Source: Nemertoderma westbladi (lineage: Eukaryota; Animalia; Xenacoelomorpha). From it: a stretch of DNA of 43,211 nucleotides. Position 1 is the stretch's first letter, and every line of letters starts with the position of its first letter. The position numbers and the translations under genes were made by a program. Under the pieces are notes generated by a model. That model did not search any database. It was not told the origin of the DNA and worked only from the letters and a program-made list of their open reading frames with translations. Shown piece after piece: positions 37,155 through 43,211 of this stretch. The stretch covers positions 1 through 43,211 of the forward strand of contig JAUCBJ010001684.1 in assembly GCA_032718475.1 (NCBI GenBank). The letters are read 5' to 3'.

Positions 37155-38339
37155 ATGATGATTATCCTATATTGAATGTGTTACAAGTACAACTAGACAA
37201 ATGGTCCTTTGATTTTTGTTAAAGGTGCTAGTTAAACCCCAATTCTAACTAAACTACTAACTACAGTATTATATATACAATAATTGACTTGGTATTTTAA
37301 TCACTCTATTCAATAAGCCCCTATGCTCTTTGAATGAGGGTTGTTACGACCTTCCATTCCTCGCTATGAAGCGCTCCCGTTATCCGGGGGGTTTGACTAA
37401 GAAACGTAATAGCTGTAGAGCCAAAGGGGCCCTTGGTATTGGATAGGTTGGCTGGGAGTGGAGGGCCGCTGCACTATAGTGTCCACTTACCCACATACAT
37501 AACAGAAGGCCAGTGCAAGTGCAAGGCCGAGTAATAGCCACTGCATAATACCAAAGATAAGAGAGTTAGTGCCAGGAGCGCTCAACTGCGGTTGATCTGG
37601 GACGATGGACCGTGTGAGATGAAATAATTAACTCGGGGAAAGTCCAATTCCAATAGGACAGGTGAGCCCCAACAAAAGTAGCTAACGACAATTTACTCGG
37701 ATTATTTGTAGCAAACGGACAATACACAATTGGACAATAATTTTAAGTTTTTTTCTTTATTTAAGATCTTTGAAATGATGAGGTAGTATGTTGGATATTT
37801 TTTAAATATTTAATATGTTTTTTCATGAATAAATTGCAAGCCGAACGACGGGCGTGGCTTTTACGATATTATTAATATATTGAAGGTGCATTATATCCAT
37901 TAAATCCATTTGGCAAGCATACTTTACGTTGAATAATAATTATGGCAGAAAGTTATGTTATAATAATCTGTGTCATTCCAATAACACAACTAATCTTAGG
38001 ATTTTTTTTTTCTTATTGGGGGGTTGGAGACAGTTTTACCGGAGTTCAATGGATATCGGCAACTGTAATGTGTAAGAGATCTTAATGTAAAGTATCCTAG
38101 TTACAATAGTTGGTTACTACTTGGAGGCTACCTCGCAATTTAACTGGAAAACTGGAGGTCTAGAATGCCAAGGAATTATGTATGGAGTTATACCGTAGTC
38201 TGTATAATATACTTACGTTTACCGAGAGATGTCATGTTGAGTTTAATGCTCTAATGGTTAAATATTAGGCTAATTTTGGTAATGGCTGGGGAGTGAGTAG
38301 TCCTTTGTTTTTAGTGTTTAGAATCAGAAACCAGACAAC

Positions 38340-38394
38340 CAGGGGCGGATCCAGAGGGGGGGCACGGGGGCACGTGCCCCCCCCCCCCCCCCCA
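38340..38394. mobile_element. Solo terminus of a hAT-like MITE
   Basis: CAGGGGCGGATCCAGAGGGGGGGCACGGGGGCACGTGCCCCCC resembles the CAGGG-type terminus at 42350 and 43211. No partner TIR found. Confidence 0.5.
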
Positions 38395-39349
38395 AGGACA
38401 CGCAGCCAGCCGCGCAATTATATAATTCACCCCCCATATAAAATGATATAAAATAGAAAGATATAAAATCACCCCCCATAGAAAACAATATAATAAAACT
38501 ATCAGAGCACTGCGAAATGACGTCAAATATCAGCAGCCAATCACAGCCGATTTTCAAAATTGGCTTCCCGTTCCCCGCTCTTACTTAAACCCGCCATTTC
38601 GACCGTTTCTTCGTGTTTTTTCAAAAAACACAATTCAGGTCGATTCAGGGTACCTTGTTACCCCTTATTCGATTGTTTATAACCAACCATTTTTTCGCGC
38701 ACCAACCATACTATATATACATTGACACGTTAGTCTAACTACCTTGCAGGCAGGATATGATTATAAACCAAATATTCCGTAAGTTACGGAGTAAATTTAA
38801 GGAGTAAGGAGTGTTGGATGTAGGAAGTCAGGCGGTATTTGACCCCGTCATTATAGCTATTCGTTTATCTGTTGCTGATTCTCGATTGAGTTAACATGTC
38901 AGTTGTTTTATTATTATTATTAATATGACAACCTTTTGGCCAGGTTCACCAGTTATGCTAACAGCGCAGGTATTTATTTATATAGTCACTTTGATCGATC
39001 GCTCAAATGATAATAATCCAAAGAAAAACGCCAACAAACAAACCAAAACAAGCGCTTTAATACAGCGACTCCCTAGAATTGAGATATCAAATGTTTTCAA
39101 TCAAAGTCCAGACAATATGTATTATTACTTTGTTATACCTCAACATATATCAATCACCATCTCAATAAGTCATGCAGTTTAAACATCGACAAGCGGCCCT
39201 TAAGGGGGGGGGGGGGGGGGGGGGGGGGGGCTTTACCTTTTTTTTACCGTATTTTTGTCGATTATTGTGCAGAATTTAATGTACGATTTTACTATGGCAT
39301 GTTTCCATAAAAATAAAATTTACATTATTGTCGCGAAAAAATGTGTTTC

Positions 39350-39750
39350 CCGACAAACAGACAGACTAGATTTTGTCGAACATCAAAACTGACATCGGAA
39401 ATGAAATAGCGACCCCGAAAACCCCCCATATTGAAAATATAAGCTACAATGTGTGTTTTTTATGTTGAGCAGCATTCGAACAGACAGAAAGACAGACAGA
39501 CAGCTAGACTAATAAAAAGACAGACAAAATTTAACTAAAATAAAACCTGACATCGGAAATAAAATCACCGACCAGTAAAACCCCCCCTAGCAAAACTTTA
39601 GATATTTCGTGTGTTTTATTATATTTTGACAGACAACCAAACAGACAAGACGGACATTCCGACAAACAGCCAGACATACAGACTAGATCTGACCAAACTT
39701 GAAAACTGACATCAGAATTGAAATCAACGACTACGAAAACCACCGCAGTG
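39350..39750. repeat. Three diverged tandem ~155-bp units of an interspersed repeat
   Basis: (CAGA)n CTAGA...AAACTGACATC(G/A)GAA.T(G/A)AAAT...CGAC...AAAACC recurs near 39360, 39500-39580 and 39670-39745. An inverted copy lies at ~41625-41700. Confidence 0.65.
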
Positions 39751-39899
39751 AAAATTCCAGGTCAGGTATCTGCTTCCTTAAAATCATTCATAGATTTATA
39801 TTAATCCATATCGGCTGTCGCATAGAGACTGACCAATTTGCGCGAGAAGGTACCTTAAACGCATTTTACTCAGAATATTATTTCCATTTTTTCCTTAAA

Positions 39900-40192
39900 T
39901 TAAAACCTATCTACTCCGTCATTTTTTAATCAATTCGTTTGAAGTGTCTTCGACATATTAACCAATAAAACTTGTAGATAGAATTTTAAAATTTTGAGTG
40001 TAAGTTATGTTTTGAGCTGATAATATGAAAAAATATCGGCCGAAAATAAAATATATTTTATTTTTTAGTTAACATTAGTCTTCTGATCAAAATTTGAAAC
40101 TACTCTCTACTTTATTGGCCAATATGTCAAGACCATTCACTGAAAATTTCAAACAAATTGATTGAAAAATGGCGGAGAGTAGATAGATTTAG
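39900..40192. mobile_element. Foldback / non-autonomous DNA transposon remnant with ~70-80-bp inverted arms
   Basis: CTATCTACTCCGTCATTTTTTAATCAATTCGTTTGAA...GACATATTAACCAATAAA pairs with TTTATTGGCCAATATGTC...TTCAAACAAATTGATTGAAAAATGGCGGAGAGTAGATAG. Confidence 0.65.
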
Positions 40193-40430
40193 AAAAATGC
40201 CACCTTTCTTTCAGAAAAATCTGAATAAAATTGGAAGGAAATTCAAATTTCCATTTGTTCCGTGAATAAATGTCATAAGAACTTACTAATGCATATATTT
40301 GCATAATTTCAAGTCATAAATACAAACCAAACCCTTTTAATCCTACCAAAACTGGAGGTGTCACCTAAAACGTAAAGCCCCCCCCCCCCCCCCCCTTCCC
40401 CACAATTTCTTACATTTACAAGCTTCACAA

Positions 40431-40672
40431 AATTTGTCACATCTACCAAACTCAAGTAATTTGTCACAGCGTAATTTGTCACAGCTACAAACTCCACGTA
40501 ATTTGTCACAGCTACAAACTCCACGTAATTTGTCACAGCTACAAACTCCACGTAATTTGTCACAGCTACAAAATCCACGTAATTTGTCACAGCTACAAAC
40601 TCCACGTAATTTGTCACAGCTACAAACTCCACGTAATTTGTCACAGCTACAAACTCCACGTAATTTGTCACA
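40431..40672. repeat. 27-bp minisatellite GTAATTTGTCACAGCTACAAACTCCAC, 7 full copies plus partials
   Basis: Full units start at 40471. Degenerate AATTTGTCACATCTACC monomers lie at ~40431, ~40870 and ~40909. Confidence 0.95.
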
Positions 40673-42349
40673 TCTTAGATGTGACAATTGCGATGATCTA
40701 CCATTAGATCTACCAACATTACTTAATTTGTGGGGCGAGCCACGAAGTGAGCGAAGCCTTAGCATATGGGTGCCATTAACGAGTTGTCTGTCGTCGTCGT
40801 CTGTCGACATAAAAAATTGTAACATCTACAGTAAGCTTCACTTAATATGTCACATCTACCAACCTTAAGTAATTTGTCACATCTACCTACAAGCATCGTT
40901 TCACACATAATTTGTCACATCTACCACCCATAAATTAGAGTATAATAGGGAAGAGAGGATATATTAGGTGGGGATCGGGGGGGGGGGGGGGGGGGGGGGT
41001 ACCATCCCGTGATAACACACATCGTCTGGGGAGTTCAGGAATGGACGATTTTCAATGGACGAAATTTCAACTGATCTCATTAAAAATAGTTTGAGAAATA
41101 AACTTTTTCGTGAAAAAAAAAATACTTTCTGAGATTAAAGGGTTTAAAGTTGAAGGAAAAATTCAAAATTTCCCGCTATTTTAGATAATAGCATCTATCT
41201 TTGTTCGGCAATAACTTTGTCAAAAAATGATTGAAATTCAACTAAATTTTTCACCATAGCTAAAACCAAAAATAATTAGCTTTTCACAAAAAACACTAAC
41301 TCTTCATACAAACTATTGTAATTAAATACTTCGCATCATTAGGGTTGTGTTGAAAAAATTATTGATAGTAAAAATTTAGACCTCAATTTTCCACATTTAG
41401 AGGCCAATAAAATGATGTGGTTTTCAATATTATAAAATTCTGACCAATACTATTAATAAAAAATCAAACAGAAATCAAACAAAACTAAAAGTTTCAAAAT
41501 TTGTTAAGTTTAATTTATTTCCATTAAGTTTAAACTTTCCTGCGCAAAACTGGCTGTCAGGGGTGTCTGGTTGGTTAATAATTTCTGTAACGAAGGAAGC
41601 ACACGACCGAGCTAAAACAGCATGGGGGTTTTCGCGGTCGCTGATTTCATTTTTGATATCAGTTTTAATGTATGGTGGAATCTAGCCTGTCTGTCTTATT
41701 GTCTTGGACTTATTGGACAGACCGAAACAAGGTCAGAGCGATAACTCGAGAACTGAGAAGATATCTCTGAAATTTTGAAAAAGTACCTTATATTAATATC
41801 AACTTATTAGTATTATGATATAAATTTGTAATTTACGTACCGGTAAAATATAATATTTGACACGCGGAATTTATTTTTTGAATGAATTTATTCTAATGGC
41901 GCCTTGTCAATATATGATTTTATCGACACAGGCCTACATTGTGTTATTGTCCAAAGAAGAAAAAGTACTTTACATAAAGTTGAACCTTAAAAAGCGAAGC
42001 GGGAAGTACAGTATGAATTAGTTGGTGCAATAATACCTATTCGACAAGACGCGGAATGTATCTAATCAATTCAAATGTACAACTGATATCTGTATAATAT
42101 AAAAACATAAAGGCTGATCAACGACGCGCAGATGCGTATAGGCCTATGCCTGGTGGGAGTGAGCGGTGAGCTATATGCAAGTAAGTGCAGGGAGACGCAT
42201 AGTTATCCATTACGACAAGTCCATGGAGCTACTTTTTGGGAATAAGCTCCAACGCAATAATGTGGCTCGCCCCACCTGCCCGCATACTCGCACATCACAT
42301 ATTGCATGCATGCTGTAATGGCTACTTCCTAAATCAGTACCCGTACCCC

Positions 42350-43211
42350 CAGGGACGGATTATGGATTTTCGGGCCCCCGGCAGTCGCAACTTACGGGCC
42401 CCTACCCCCCCCCCCCCCCCCCCCCCCACGACGAAAACCAATTGCAAAAAATTTTGGTCCCCGTTGGTACAAATAAGTAACGCTGGTGATATTTTTTTCA
42501 AATAAAACAATATATTCGATATAAAAACGTAACAGTTGAATAAAAAAAAACAAAAAAAATACATAGTTGAATTTCGCTGCTTGAATATCAGTTAACAAAG
42601 CGGTGATTTCCGCTTACTTTTTTTTTTATCGAATAATAGTCCTTTATTATTTATTATTTAAATAATACTAATCGAATAATAGTCCTTTATTATTTAAATA
42701 ATACTAATTTTTTCCTAAAATTACACCATCCAAAAGATATCAATTCTATATTTAGGAACGAATAATATATTGGTATATCAATAAATTAAACACAAAATTA
42801 CTTAAAAATAGCAATTTCCTAACCTACTGAACTCGTGAATGATTTCAGATAATATTAATTGAAAGGTAAATTAAATGTTAATTGTAATACAGTAATAGTT
42901 TACTATTATTTAAATTTTTTTTTTTTTGGTTAATTTTGTTTTTTTGCTAACGTTTTCCTTTAAGCATTACATTACACTTAAAATATTTTTTTAAAACACT
43001 TTAAACATTCTATGGGACACAGTGCTCTGAATGGTGAGGCTATATGTGAGATATACTCTAAATATTTATTGAACAGCCAGAAATTAATAAATAAATGAGG
43101 TTGTTTTATCAGTGAGATAATGTTCGGTAAATTTCTCCCAACTTGCGGGCCCCTTCCAACTTACGGGCCCCCGGCAGCTGCCCCTGTTGCCCCCCCCTTA
43201 ATCCGTCCCTG
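42350..43211. mobile_element. hAT-like MITE (862 bp)
   Basis: Perfect 13-bp TIRs CAGGGACGGATTA...TAATCCGTCCCTG, subterminal CGGGCCCC repeats and an AT-rich interior. The right TSD lies outside the window. Confidence 0.8.

Overview
AT-rich metazoan (probably bilaterian invertebrate) genomic DNA, not prokaryotic. The backbone is the 5' part of one minus-strand, multi-exon gene: an orthologue of ZNF608/ZNF609 (Drosophila brakeless/scribbler). Four phase-compatible exons (22288-21756, 10937-10778, 8936-8849, 2698-2449) splice to ...GDEWGLPSENGVGKLVIDL...[62 protein letters not shown].... I did not find the start-codon exon or the zinc-finger exon(s) in the window. About a third of the window is three unrelated satellite arrays (~37-mer, 19-mer, 25-mer), each in a different intron or upstream interval. 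The G-rich 25-mer array is interrupted by a doubly truncated RTE-like LINE reverse-transcriptase fragment with no 3' tail. The rest is intronic DNA with several MITEs (a Harbinger-type with TTA TSD, a hAT-like element, and an 8-bp-TSD group sharing a hidden internal core), a probable tRNA-derived SINE and candidate enhancers. Nearly all other ORF-track entries are repeat or chance ORFs. I see no convincing new enzymatic system. The best leads are the RT-in-satellite junction, the shared MITE core and a duplicated splice donor next to the most conserved exon.
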